A DNA stretch of 64,000 nucleotides from a virus (IMGVR_UViG_3300032138_000524:67841-131840); one strand, 5' to 3'; shown: positions 48,083-58,470, counted from the first letter of the stretch. Numbers and translations are program-made. The notes: a model not told the origin generated them from the sequence alone.

Positions 48083-48998
48083 AACTGCAATTTTTATATC
48101 TTCGAGAAATAATTATTCTTTATTAGAATCATTTTTAGAAAGAAATCCAGATTTATTAGAATTAGATTTTTTTAATGTAGATGATAACTCAGATGAAGAA
48201 GAACAATCTTTAGGTAAAGAAATTTGTTTAAAATATAAAATTCCATATATACAAAATAGTGGACGGGGTTTACAATGGTCAGCTCAAACTATCATTGATT
48301 GTTTAGATGATGATTATGATTTTTTAATTTGGACAACCCATGATTCATTTACGATATCTGAAAATTTTTATCAAATATTTAATACAATTAAAAGTACATT
48401 AGGAGACTTTGGTGTAGTTGGGTTTAATATTTTGGGACCACAATGTGGTATATCACACCCAAGTCAAATTACAAAGACAACACTTGGTATGTTAGGAAGG
48501 GCACCATTGGCAAATCTTCCTGGACGAGGTGGTTGGTATAGAACACCAGATATGTTATTGGATTGGGATACTTGGGGTGGTCTTAATCCTATTGCTATAG
48601 AATCACCTGTTGATATGACATTGGCAATAAATGTAAATTTGTTTAAAGAATATATTAAGGTAACTGATAATTATCATCTCTTTTGTGCTTGGGATGACAT
48701 TTGTATGCAATTTTTAGAAAGTGGTGTTTATAATGTAACACTACCTTACTTACAAGTTTATCACGACCAGATGTTTAAGGAAGGTAAAGTACCTGTTAAA
48801 TCTGCCGGTGCTGCTAAAAAGGGAGATGTTAAACATTTTGGTCATTATGGTCCACATTTTGAGTATTGGACAGCAAGATGGGGATGGGACAGGGATGATG
48901 TTAGAAATACATTTCCATTAGAAAAATATAAAGGAACTTTGATAGGTGATTTTTTTGAAATGAACTATAAAGATGGACCATTAAAGGTATTTAAATGA
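48075..48998 (+). CDS. GT2-like glycosyltransferase
   Basis: SRNNY, NVDDNS, THD, WDDIC. Confidence 0.65.
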   Translation: MSKTAIFISSRNNYSLLESFLERNPDLLELDFFNVDDNSDEEEQSLGKEICLKYKIPYIQNSGRGLQWSAQTIIDCLDDDYDFLIWTTHDSFTISENFYQIFNTIKSTLGDFGVVGFNILGPQCGISHPSQITKTTLGMLGRAPLANLPGRGGWYRTPDMLLDWDTWGGLNPIAIESPVDMTLAINVNLFKEYIKVTDNYHLFCAWDDICMQFLESGVYNVTLPYLQVYHDQMFKEGKVPVKSAGAAKKGDVKHFGHYGPHFEYWTARWGWDRDDVRNTFPLEKYKGTLIGDFFEMNYKDGPLKVFK

Positions 48999-49939
48999 AT
49001 ATACTTTGTATAACACCAATAAAACATCTTGAGGGAGTTTATGAAAAGTTATTAGGTTGCGGTGAGGTTATTTACGAACCAGATATAGATAGAGATACGC
49101 TAAAAATAATGTTAGATGTGTTTAAACCTGAATACTTATTTACGAATCCAAATAAACAGAATTTTTTATTAGATGGTGATATATTAAAAAATGGAAAACT
49201 AAAAGTAATTAATACAGTTTCAACAGGACTTAACCATATAGATATAGATTATTGTAAAGAACATAACATAGAAGTTTGGTCATTAAAAGATGATTATGAA
49301 TTAATAAATGACCTACCATCAACATCAGAATTAGCATTTGGTTTGATGATGTCATTATTGAGAAACATACCAAAGTCATTTCATTCAGTAAGAGATGGTA
49401 ATTGGGATTATGAACCATACGTTGGTCATCAAATCAAAGGTAAGACTATTGGTGTGATTGGTTATGGTAGACTTGGTAAAATTATGTGTCGGTTATTTGA
49501 TGGTTGGGGAGTTGATACATTTGTTTACGACCCGTATACAGATGTTGATGTTGAAAAAGATTTCGAAGTTGATTTAACAACTTTGTTAGAATATTCAGAT
49601 GTAGTTTTTTTACATACTCACGTCACAGATGAAACTCGTGGTATAGTAGATGATGAGTTTTTATCTCAAATGAAACAAGGAAGTTATTTAGTGAATACGG
49701 CACGAGGTGAATTAGTTGATGAAGATGCAATAATTAAATCTATTAAACAAGGACATTTAAAAGGTTACGGAACGGATGTAATCAAAGATGAGTTCGGTGA
49801 TATACAGAATAGTAAGTTAGTAGAGTTCTCAATCAACCCAAATAATAATGTAGTTATAACACCACATATTGGTGGGATGACTATTGAAGGACAAACAAAG
49901 GCCTATACTTGGGCAGTTAGGAAGTTTAAGAATATATGA
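48995..49939 (+). CDS. D-isomer 2-hydroxyacid dehydrogenase
   Basis: STGLNHID, GYGRLG, NTARG, TPHIGG. Confidence 0.92.
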   Translation: MNILCITPIKHLEGVYEKLLGCGEVIYEPDIDRDTLKIMLDVFKPEYLFTNPNKQNFLLDGDILKNGKLKVINTVSTGLNHIDIDYCKEHNIEVWSLKDDYELINDLPSTSELAFGLMMSLLRNIPKSFHSVRDGNWDYEPYVGHQIKGKTIGVIGYGRLGKIMCRLFDGWGVDTFVYDPYTDVDVEKDFEVDLTTLLEYSDVVFLHTHVTDETRGIVDDEFLSQMKQGSYLVNTARGELVDEDAIIKSIKQGHLKGYGTDVIKDEFGDIQNSKLVEFSINPNNNVVITPHIGGMTIEGQTKAYTWAVRKFKNI

Positions 49940-50466
49940 AGTTATTAACAATAATACCAGCAAAACTTGATTCAAAGAGATTAACAAGAAAGAATATCAG
50001 AGATTTAAATGGGAAACCATTATTTTTACATTCGATAGATTATGCAAAAAATACGATACATGAAAATAGAATAATAGTTTCATCGGAGAGTAAAGAAGTA
50101 GAGGATTTGGTACCTGAAGATATATTTTTTCATCAAAGAAGTAAAGATTTGTGTGGGGATGTGGAAGTAGTAGATGTATATTTGGATATAATAAAAGGTA
50201 TTAAACACAAGTTTGATTATGTTGTATGTTTACAGCCAGATAATCCTAAGCGTAGTAATTCTTTAGATGATTGTTTGGATTATATGATTGATAATAACTA
50301 TGATGATTTAATCACCGTAAATAACGAATATAAAAGAAGTGGTTCAGTTAGAATTTTTAAGTATGGGTATTTAAAAGAAGGACTTGTTAGTAAAAGAATG
50401 GGTTGTATTAGAGATAGTGCAACAGATATTCATTATAAAGAAGATTTAGAGGCATTATATGACTAA
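49936..50466 (+). CDS. neuA: Acylneuraminate cytidylyltransferase
   Basis: IIPAKLDSKRL.RKN, LNGKPL, LQP, DIH...D. Confidence 0.82.
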   Translation: MKLLTIIPAKLDSKRLTRKNIRDLNGKPLFLHSIDYAKNTIHENRIIVSSESKEVEDLVPEDIFFHQRSKDLCGDVEVVDVYLDIIKGIKHKFDYVVCLQPDNPKRSNSLDDCLDYMIDNNYDDLITVNNEYKRSGSVRIFKYGYLKEGLVSKRMGCIRDSATDIHYKEDLEALYD

Positions 50467-51259
50467 AATAATATCAGAAATAGGTTGGAATCATATGGGG
50501 GATATGGAATTAGCAAAAGATATGATTGCAGCAAGCGTAAACAATGGGGCAGATATGGTCAAGTTTCAAACTTGGTCAGTAAAGAGATTAAAACACGGGC
50601 CATGGGACGAAGATGGTAGGTTAGAAATTTATAAACAGGCAGAATTATCTAAAGATCAACATTTAGAATTATATGAATATTCTGATAAGTTATGTATACC
50701 ATTTTTCTCATCAGTATTTTCAGTAGAAGATGCAGAATTATTATCAGAGGTTCAAACGGATAGAGTAAAGATTGCAAGTTTTGAGTCAAGGAATCCAACT
50801 TTGTTATCTTATTGTGATTCTCGTTTTGATACGGTTTATATATCTACGGGAACTTCATCAGTAGGGGAGATAGAAGAACATCTTGATTATCTTCCAACGA
50901 GTAATGTTGTTTTGTTACATTGTGTATCTTCTTATCCATTAGAATCAAAAAATACAAATTTACCAAGAATTAATTCACTCAAAAAATTATGTGATAGAGT
51001 TGGTTATAGTGACCATACATTTGGAGTGGAAGGAAGTAAGGCCGCGTTGGAATATGATATAGAAGTTATAGAGAAACATTTCACATTAGACCATGATTTA
51101 CCTGGTCGTGATAATAAATTTGCTATATTACCAGAAGAACTTAAAGAGTTATCTGATTATATTAAAAGACGTGAAGAAATGAATATAAGTCATGGTGATG
51201 GTTATTTAGAATGTGAACAAGAAGCAAGAGATATAATGACGGGAAGATTCGATGGTTAG
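50459..51259 (+). CDS. neuB: N-acetylneuraminate (nonulosonate) synthase lacking the SAF domain
   Basis: SEIGWNHMG, VKFQ, KIAS, LHCVSSYP, GYSDHT, IEKHFTLD. Confidence 0.92.
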   Translation: MTKIISEIGWNHMGDMELAKDMIAASVNNGADMVKFQTWSVKRLKHGPWDEDGRLEIYKQAELSKDQHLELYEYSDKLCIPFFSSVFSVEDAELLSEVQTDRVKIASFESRNPTLLSYCDSRFDTVYISTGTSSVGEIEEHLDYLPTSNVVLLHCVSSYPLESKNTNLPRINSLKKLCDRVGYSDHTFGVEGSKAALEYDIEVIEKHFTLDHDLPGRDNKFAILPEELKELSDYIKRREEMNISHGDGYLECEQEARDIMTGRFDG

Positions 51260-51896
51260 TGTTATAGTTAGAACAAAGAATGAAGAAAAACATATTGGAT
51301 ATTGTATTCAATCTATTACTGATTTCATTGGTAAACCAGAAATTATAATTGTAGATAATGATTCTACTGATAATACTATACCGATTGTAAATAGATTTGA
51401 ATATCATGATTTATCTATATTTGAAATATCTAAAAATGATTATACTCCAGGTAGGGCATTAAATTTTGGTATTAAAGAATGTACTGAAGATTATGTTATA
51501 ATACTTTCTGCTCATTGTGAAGTTGTAAAATTTGATTTTGATTTATTAAAAAATAAATTAGATGATGATAAAGTTGTTGGGGTATGGGGAAAACAGACAC
51601 CAATATGGGATGGTAAGAAGATATCGAGACGATATATGTGGTCTAATTTTGGTGAAGAATCACAGACAAATTATTGGTGTGAGTCGGAAGATAGATATTT
51701 CTTTCATAATGCATTCTCTGTATTTAAGAGAGAACATTTAGTTAAGTATCCATTTGATGAACATTATAGTGGTAAAGAAGATAGATATTGGGCAAACGAC
51801 CAGATAAAAAATGGATTTGATATATTTTATGATTCAAATCAAGAAGTTAAACACCATTATACATCAGGTGGTGCAACTTGGATGGGTACGGGATAA
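51252..51896 (+). CDS. GT2 glycosyltransferase (rhamnosyltransferase-like)
   Basis: SVIVRTKNEE, VDNDSTD, GRALN, SAH, ED. Confidence 0.88.
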   Translation: MVSVIVRTKNEEKHIGYCIQSITDFIGKPEIIIVDNDSTDNTIPIVNRFEYHDLSIFEISKNDYTPGRALNFGIKECTEDYVIILSAHCEVVKFDFDLLKNKLDDDKVVGVWGKQTPIWDGKKISRRYMWSNFGEESQTNYWCESEDRYFFHNAFSVFKREHLVKYPFDEHYSGKEDRYWANDQIKNGFDIFYDSNQEVKHHYTSGGATWMGTG

Positions 51897-52612
51897 TGAC
51901 TACAAAAGTTATCTATACTGCAATAATTGGTGGTTACGATACATTAGTAGAACCAGATTACAAACCCGAAGGTTGGGATTTTGTTTGTTTTACAGATAGA
52001 GATTTAGAGTCAGATACTTGGGAGATTAGAAAAACACTTCCACTTTATACAGACAATACGAGAACAGCTCGTAAACATAAGTTATTAACACATAGATTAT
52101 TTCCAGATTATGAATATAGTTTATGGATAGATGGTAATATAAAAGTAAGAAATGATGTGAATGAATTGTTAGGTCATCTTGATGGTTCTAATTATGCAAC
52201 CTACGACCATTCTCAGAATCGATTAGATCCAAGAGATTGTATTTATGATGAAGCATCTGCAATACTTCAATTTGGTGAAATTAATATGAAAAGAAATCCT
52301 GAAAAAGGTATAAAATGTTTTAAGGATAATCCTAAACTAATACAAAAACAGATGGGGAAATATATGGATATGCACTATCCAAGAAATAATGGATTAGTAG
52401 TTCAGATGGAAGTTTTAAGACGACATAATGAACAGGATGTAGTTGATTCTATGGAGGATCAGTGGGTTGAGTTAAAGTATAATAGTAAGAGAGAACAGTT
52501 GAGTTTTAATTATATAGCATGGAAAAATAAATTGAAGTTTAGTTATATTCAAGGTGATTCAAGAGATAATAAATATTTTTTGAATATGGGAAAACATAGG
52601 GGTAAGAAATGA
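51896..52612 (+). CDS. DUF616 (TOD1/MUCI70-like) glycosyltransferase
   Basis: YTAIIGGYD, CFTD, SLWIDGN, REQLSF. Confidence 0.82.
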   Translation: MTTKVIYTAIIGGYDTLVEPDYKPEGWDFVCFTDRDLESDTWEIRKTLPLYTDNTRTARKHKLLTHRLFPDYEYSLWIDGNIKVRNDVNELLGHLDGSNYATYDHSQNRLDPRDCIYDEASAILQFGEINMKRNPEKGIKCFKDNPKLIQKQMGKYMDMHYPRNNGLVVQMEVLRRHNEQDVVDSMEDQWVELKYNSKREQLSFNYIAWKNKLKFSYIQGDSRDNKYFLNMGKHRGKK

Positions 52613-53166
52613 AACCAATTTTATTTGTTCATGTTCCAAAAGCAGCAGGAAGTACTATCTACAAGAGTTTTAATTTAGAGAGAGTAACAAAACATGCAAC
52701 ATTAAATTACTTACAGATAAAAGATGAAATTGATGTAGATGGTTGTTGGATTATTGGAACGGTTAGAAATCCGTGGCAAAGAATTTTTAGTTTGTGGAAT
52801 TGGACTTGTAGTCTTGCAAATCCAAAACATGGATTAGATTGGAAAGAGTGGTTATATGATTCACCTTTAGTTGGATATCATTATAGAGATGAATTAAATA
52901 ATAATCCACTAAAACAGGTAAATTATTTTATTGATATGAACGGTAAAATTAAATATGATGAGATAATTAGAGCAGAACACCTTGAAAAAGATGTGTGGAA
53001 ATCCACTCGTTTAAATGGTGTTTCTACTAATCATTATGCGGGTGGAATAAGTGGAACTTCGATAGGATGGAGAGATCATTACGATGAAGAAGATGTAGAA
53101 TATGTAAGGGAACAATCAAAGTGGGAGATAGATACATTTGGTTATAAGTTTGAGGAAACTGAATGA
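52609..53166 (+). CDS. Sulfotransferase family 2 protein
   Basis: FVHVPKAAGST, VRNPWQRIFS. Confidence 0.85.
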   Translation: MKPILFVHVPKAAGSTIYKSFNLERVTKHATLNYLQIKDEIDVDGCWIIGTVRNPWQRIFSLWNWTCSLANPKHGLDWKEWLYDSPLVGYHYRDELNNNPLKQVNYFIDMNGKIKYDEIIRAEHLEKDVWKSTRLNGVSTNHYAGGISGTSIGWRDHYDEEDVEYVREQSKWEIDTFGYKFEETE

Positions 53167-53933
53167 GTAATGTAGTTTTTATACCCAACATTGATTTAGG
53201 TAATGGTAGAAATAAGTCATATAGTTATTCTATCAATAGTTGGAAACAATTTTGTGATAAATACGATTGTGAATTATTGGTATGGGAAGATTTACTCTTA
53301 CCAATAGAACAAATGAAAATAACTTGGCAACGATATTATATGTTTGATATATTGGAGGCAAATAATATAGATTACGACCAAATATTGATAGTAGATGCAG
53401 ATACAATAGTTCACCCTGATTGTCCTAACTTTTTTAATGAAACAGATGGTAAGTATAGTGTGGTTAGAAACAATGGTAGTTTTGAGTGGGTTAGAAGGTC
53501 AATGGATGGATTTTCTAAATTATTGTTTAATGGAGAAGTTCCGTTTAAGGTATGGGATTATATAAATTGTGGATTTCAGATTGTTAATAAAGACCATAAA
53601 GAATTTTTTGAATATGTAAGAAATTATTATTTAGAAAATCGCCAAAGTATACAGAACGCAATAGACCAAGTTAGGGCTGGAACAGACCAAACAATAATTA
53701 ATTTTTTATTGAGACAACAAAATGTAGAATTAAATTATTTACCTATTTGTTATAATATACAAGATTTACACTCTAAACAGTTATTGTTTATTCATCCACA
53801 AATGTGGTTTGAAGATAAATTAATATTTGAGAATTGTGGTTATGTATTTCATTTTAATGCAATACCACCAAATGAAATGAGCAGAGATGCCAATTATTGG
53901 ATAAAGAGAACTTACGAGGAGTTTTATAAATGA
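53163..53933 (+). CDS. GT-A glycosyltransferase (GT8/GT34-like)
   Basis: VDADT, INCGF, TDQT..N, HFN. Confidence 0.75.
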   Translation: MSNVVFIPNIDLGNGRNKSYSYSINSWKQFCDKYDCELLVWEDLLLPIEQMKITWQRYYMFDILEANNIDYDQILIVDADTIVHPDCPNFFNETDGKYSVVRNNGSFEWVRRSMDGFSKLLFNGEVPFKVWDYINCGFQIVNKDHKEFFEYVRNYYLENRQSIQNAIDQVRAGTDQTIINFLLRQQNVELNYLPICYNIQDLHSKQLLFIHPQMWFEDKLIFENCGYVFHFNAIPPNEMSRDANYWIKRTYEEFYK

Positions 53934-54859
53934 AAGTAGCATTCTTTTCAGAAACAGGTAATAACCAAAGATATCCAAGAGATTTTCCAAATGCTCGTAC
54001 AGAGGTAGCGTGGTGTTTGGCATTAGATGCTCCAATGTGTAGTTTGAATCCATCTACAAAAGAGAGATTAGATAATGATTATGATTTGGGTATCGTGATA
54101 ATTCCTAAAAATAATCCTGAAAAGATTGATTGGACTTGGATAAGGAGTAAATGTAAAAATGTTGCAGTAATGCAAGAAGGCCCACATTGGTATTTCCAAG
54201 ACTATCAGATAGATAAACAGTTTCATTACTATAATGCTTTAATGGAATCAGATTGGGTGTATTGTCATAATAAATCTGATGTAAATTATTATAAAGGATT
54301 AGGATGTAAAGATGTAAGAGTAATGAGAAGCTTGATGATAACAGAAGATTTAATACCAAGAAATGAGTGGGGAGATGTAACAATCATTGGTGGTAATATG
54401 GTTAGTTGGTATGGTGGATTTGATTCTTTTATTATAGCCAGAGAAATTGGAGATCCAATAGTTGCACCATCAATGGGAAGAAAACAATCACAAGAAGATG
54501 CGATAGAAGATATTCAGTATCTTCCATATTATACTTGGAGAGAATGGATAAATGTTTTATCACAATTTAATATAGGTGTTCATTTAATGAGAACACATGC
54601 CGCTGGAACATTTGCTATGAATTGTGCATTTCACGGAATACCTTGTATTGGTTATGAAGGATTAGATACACAAGAAACTTTACATCAACATTTATCAGTA
54701 AAAGTTGGTGATTTAGATAAGGCTAAACATTTAGCTATACAATTAAAAAATGATGACGGTTTTTATCAAATGTGTAGTAACAGTTCACAAGAAATGTTTA
54801 AGAAGTTTTATACAGAAGAAAAATGGTTAGAAAATTGGAATAAACAATGGATAAAGTAA
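53930..54859 (+). CDS. GT-B-like hypothetical protein
   Basis: AAGTF..NCA..GIPCIG pattern. Confidence 0.55.
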   Translation: MKVAFFSETGNNQRYPRDFPNARTEVAWCLALDAPMCSLNPSTKERLDNDYDLGIVIIPKNNPEKIDWTWIRSKCKNVAVMQEGPHWYFQDYQIDKQFHYYNALMESDWVYCHNKSDVNYYKGLGCKDVRVMRSLMITEDLIPRNEWGDVTIIGGNMVSWYGGFDSFIIAREIGDPIVAPSMGRKQSQEDAIEDIQYLPYYTWREWINVLSQFNIGVHLMRTHAAGTFAMNCAFHGIPCIGYEGLDTQETLHQHLSVKVGDLDKAKHLAIQLKNDDGFYQMCSNSSQEMFKKFYTEEKWLENWNKQWIK

Positions 54860-56055
54860 TAAGTTTTATACAACCGAGTAGAAGTAACCTAAAATATCTA
54901 AAGTGGTCTTACAATAGTATCCGTAAGAACTTAGGATACAGACATGAGATATGTTGGGCAGATGACTTTTCTGATGACGGAACATGGGAATGGATGAAAG
55001 AGATAGCGGATAAAGATATCAATGTAAAAATCCATAGAAACGAAGGACCCACAAGATTAGGACATACAATTCTATATGATACATTAGTGGATATGGCGTC
55101 AAATGATATTGTGATGATATACCACGCTGATATGTACGCTTGTCCTAACTTAGATACAGAGATGATTAAACATTTAGAACGAGGTAAGGTAGTAAGTGCA
55201 ACGAGAATAGAACCACCATTACATCCAGATGGACCTGAAAAAATACTTAAAGATTTTGGAATAGAACCAGAAGAATTTGATGAACAAGGATTGTTAGAAT
55301 TTGTATCAGACCATGTTGGAACACGAGAAGATGAAACGACTCGTGGTATATTCGCACCGTGGGCAATTTACAAAGATGACTTCTTAGCAATCGGCGGACA
55401 CGACCCATTATACGCCCCACAAAGTAAAGAAGATAGTGATATATTCAATCGGTTTGTATTGGCAGGATATGATTTAGTTCAGACTTGGAAAGGATTAGTA
55501 TATCATATGACAAGTCGTGGTTCAAGATTCAAAGATGGAGCAATGAGAAATCCAGCGGGACAAGTGTTTATGAAAGGTAGGGAAAGTAGTGAGTGGTTGC
55601 AGCAAAACCTCCGTAGCACTCGTAATTTCATCCGCAAATGGGGACATATGGTTAAACATGATGAATTGATGTATCCCATCATTCCACCCAAATATGATGT
55701 AGGATTTATAGTTGAAAATTGTGATGAGAATTTATTGAAAGAATTAGAGCCGTGGTGTTCTAATATTCATGTTACATTAAATCCCGAACAAATAAGAAAT
55801 TACATAGATAAGGAACAACCAGATACTCAGTTCAATCTTACTGAAAAAATATTATATCATTCTCAACCAGTAACAAATAATGTAATTGTTAGGTTTGATA
55901 TACGACTTTTAACGCCCCAGAATTTTCAGATATTAGTGAACTTATCTCAGATACTTAAAGAAAGTGGTGAAGTTGGTGAGATGGAACTGGAAATATTTAA
56001 GTTTAACATAAAATCACTTGATAGTTATGAAGGAGAGTTAATAAATGTCATATAA
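54847..56055 (+). CDS. GT2 glycosyltransferase
   Basis: DDFSDDGT, HADM, GGHD, EDSD. Confidence 0.85.
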   Translation: MDKVISFIQPSRSNLKYLKWSYNSIRKNLGYRHEICWADDFSDDGTWEWMKEIADKDINVKIHRNEGPTRLGHTILYDTLVDMASNDIVMIYHADMYACPNLDTEMIKHLERGKVVSATRIEPPLHPDGPEKILKDFGIEPEEFDEQGLLEFVSDHVGTREDETTRGIFAPWAIYKDDFLAIGGHDPLYAPQSKEDSDIFNRFVLAGYDLVQTWKGLVYHMTSRGSRFKDGAMRNPAGQVFMKGRESSEWLQQNLRSTRNFIRKWGHMVKHDELMYPIIPPKYDVGFIVENCDENLLKELEPWCSNIHVTLNPEQIRNYIDKEQPDTQFNLTEKILYHSQPVTNNVIVRFDIRLLTPQNFQILVNLSQILKESGEVGEMELEIFKFNIKSLDSYEGELINVI

Positions 56056-56501
56056 AAAAATTATTATTTTAGGTCCACCATGTGTGGGTAAGACTACTTT
56101 AGCATATACGGCTTTAAAAAACAAAATACCTTCATTTACCACTCATGGCCTTCGGGGACACCAACTTTCATCCATGGCTAAAGCTGTAATTAATTTAGAT
56201 ATGTCGTTATTTTTTGATGCAGGTGGATTGATGATTGGTAATTTAAATCATAAATACAAAAATAACGGGTTCGGTATGAGAACTGTATTGTTATTACCAC
56301 CAAGAGATGTTTATTTAGAACGAGAGAGAATAGAAATTGAAAGGTCTGAAAATAGGAATCAAGATGGTTCAAGTTATTATGATCAACATAGGGATAAAGA
56401 ATCAGGAACATTTGATTTAGTTATTAAAGATGTTTTATCTCCACAAGAAATTTTAGATTATATTATTGAAAAAACAGGATTTAAAAATGTCATATAAAAA
56501 A
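56043..56501 (+). repeat. 17-nt direct repeat AAATGTCATATAAAAAA flanking the kinase gene
   Basis: Exact copies at 56043-56059 and 56485-56501. Confidence 0.85.
56045..56497 (+). CDS. Small P-loop (NMP-kinase-like) protein
   Basis: ILGPPCVGKTT. Confidence 0.7.
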   Translation: MSYKKIIILGPPCVGKTTLAYTALKNKIPSFTTHGLRGHQLSSMAKAVINLDMSLFFDAGGLMIGNLNHKYKNNGFGMRTVLLLPPRDVYLERERIEIERSENRNQDGSSYYDQHRDKESGTFDLVIKDVLSPQEILDYIIEKTGFKNVI

Positions 56502-56984
56502 TACATTACAGAAGTTCCAGATTTTCCAGAAGAAGGTGTGAATTTTAAAGATATATCACCCTTATTGGCAAACGAAGAAGTATTTGGTGATACAATAGTA
56601 GAGATGAGGAATTTGACTCATAGAGTACCAGATTATTGGATTGGAATAGAAGCTCGTGGATTCATATTTGCATCAGCACTGTCCGCATATTGTGGTGGTG
56701 GACTTGTGATGTGTAGAAAGGCTGGTAAACTACCACCTCCTGTTACACGAAAAAGATATCAATTAGAATATGGAACGGAGTGGATAGAAATGAAAAAGGG
56801 TAGTGGAACAGCAGTTATAGTAGATGATGTATTCGCTACAGGTGGAACATTACAGGCAACTAATAATTTGGCTAAAATGGTAGGTTATGATGTTATAGAT
56901 AATTTGGTATTAATAGATTTGTTATATGTTCCAACAGTAGAAGGTTTTAATTTTAAAGTAAGGAGTTTAATTCAATATGAATAA
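56487..56984 (+). CDS. apt: Adenine phosphoribosyltransferase
   Basis: PDFP..GV.FKDISPLL, EARGF, RKAGKLP, LEYG, VDDVFATGGT. Confidence 0.95.
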   Translation: MSYKKYITEVPDFPEEGVNFKDISPLLANEEVFGDTIVEMRNLTHRVPDYWIGIEARGFIFASALSAYCGGGLVMCRKAGKLPPPVTRKRYQLEYGTEWIEMKKGSGTAVIVDDVFATGGTLQATNNLAKMVGYDVIDNLVLIDLLYVPTVEGFNFKVRSLIQYE

Positions 56985-57462
56985 AAGAAATATAACAATA
57001 TTGTCAATGATAATATTGGCAGTAATAACAAGATTGTTACCACATCCACCAAACATGGCACCAATAACAGCAATAGCATTATTTGGTGGTTGTAATATTA
57101 AGGATAAGAATTTGGCTTTAGCATTACCATTAGTGTGTATGTTTATAACTGATTTATTCTTGGGATTTCATATGATAATGCCGTTTGTGTATATGTCATT
57201 TATGATGATTTCATATATTGGTATAAATTCTAAAAAGATTGGTAACGGAACAATATTTGGTAGTTCACTATTATTCTTTTTGGTTACAAACTTGGGAGTT
57301 TGGTATTTAGGATATCCAAATACATTGGCGGGGTTGGTAAGTTGTTATACATTAGCATTACCATTTTTTGTAAATACGATTATAGGTGATTTATTTTTCA
57401 CCCATAGTTTAAGTTATAGTTTTAGTAAGTTAGAAGAAAGGTATCCAGTTTTATCAATATGA
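56977..57462 (+). CDS. DUF6580-like membrane protein (ECF S-component-like)
   Basis: RLLPHPPN.API.AIALFGG, FFLVTN, CY..ALPFF. Confidence 0.75.
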   Translation: MNKRNITILSMIILAVITRLLPHPPNMAPITAIALFGGCNIKDKNLALALPLVCMFITDLFLGFHMIMPFVYMSFMMISYIGINSKKIGNGTIFGSSLLFFLVTNLGVWYLGYPNTLAGLVSCYTLALPFFVNTIIGDLFFTHSLSYSFSKLEERYPVLSI

Positions 57463-57674
57463 ATAAACAAGATGTTTTAAATTTTATAGCAGGAGTTGTT
57501 GTAGGTTTTATATTGTTCATGATTACAATAGAAACAGAGATGACTAAGTTAAGAGTTCAATATAATAGAATTTATAAACTTACTGTAGAAATGGAAGAAC
57601 AACTTATAGAATTGAGAGAGAAACAAAATAGTAATAAGGTTTTTGATAAAGAAAAAAAAGGAATAGAAATATGA
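57459..57674 (+). CDS. Small membrane-anchored coiled-coil protein
   Basis: N-terminal TM helix then heptads. Confidence 0.55.
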   Translation: MNKQDVLNFIAGVVVGFILFMITIETEMTKLRVQYNRIYKLTVEMEEQLIELREKQNSNKVFDKEKKGIEI

Positions 57675-57883
57675 GTGAATATTCAGGATGTGATGATTTC
57701 AAACCATTAATGGTATCACATAAAAGAGCGTGGTTTGGTGAAAAGTTATTTGTGGATACATATGGTAGACCACCTAACTTATCAGACGTTCCAATGACTT
57801 ATATGACACGAAGTGAAGCGTTTAAGAAACGAGGTTATACTCGAAAACAAATCAATGAACTTTGGGAACAGAGTCATAAATAA
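57671..57883 (+). CDS. Hypothetical protein
   Basis: Coupled ORF. Confidence 0.55.
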   Translation: MSEYSGCDDFKPLMVSHKRAWFGEKLFVDTYGRPPNLSDVPMTYMTRSEAFKKRGYTRKQINELWEQSHK

Positions 57884-58470
57884 TGAATAGAGAAGATGTA
57901 TTAATTGTATGTGCACTTGAAATAGAAACACAAGGTGAAATGGATGATTATAGTGTGTTGTATACAGGGGTAGGTAAAGTTAATGCCACATTTAAATTAA
58001 CAGAACGATTGTGTGATTCTAATTATTATAGTCTTAAACCAAAACTTGTAATTAATTATGGAACCGCTGGTTCACGAAAGATTAAGAAGAAACAATTAGT
58101 AGATTGTACAAAGTTTGTTCAGAGAGATATGGATGTTACTGGTCTTGGATTTATGAAAGGACAGACACCATTTGAGAATCTCGTTCCAATTATATTAGAT
58201 TATGACCATGTAAAATTTAATCCTATTGGTAGAAAGGCAAGTTGTGGTAGTGGAGATAACTTTGTAGAAGATAGAACAAACTATTATGGTGAAGTAGTAG
58301 ATATGGAAGCTTACGCGTTAGCCAAAGTATGTCATCATTATGATATCAATTTTATATCATTTAAATATATTACTGATGGAGCAGACGAACAGTCCCACGA
58401 AGATTGGGAAAAGAATTTATCTGATGGAATTAAAGAATTTAAGGAAAGAGTATTAAATAAAATTCGATGA
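57883..58470 (+). CDS. mtnN: 5'-methylthioadenosine/S-adenosylhomocysteine nucleosidase
   Basis: GVGKVNA, INYGTAG, SGDNF, VDME, KYITD. Confidence 0.88.
   Translation: MNREDVLIVCALEIETQGEMDDYSVLYTGVGKVNATFKLTERLCDSNYYSLKPKLVINYGTAGSRKIKKKQLVDCTKFVQRDMDVTGLGFMKGQTPFENLVPIILDYDHVKFNPIGRKASCGSGDNFVEDRTNYYGEVVDMEAYALAKVCHHYDINFISFKYITDGADEQSHEDWEKNLSDGIKEFKERVLNKIR

Noticed and set aside
10790-51999. Short + strand out-of-frame ORFs (10790, 11790, 30064, 37414, 51811)
   Set aside because: Nested in other frames of longer motif-bearing genes; no RBS.
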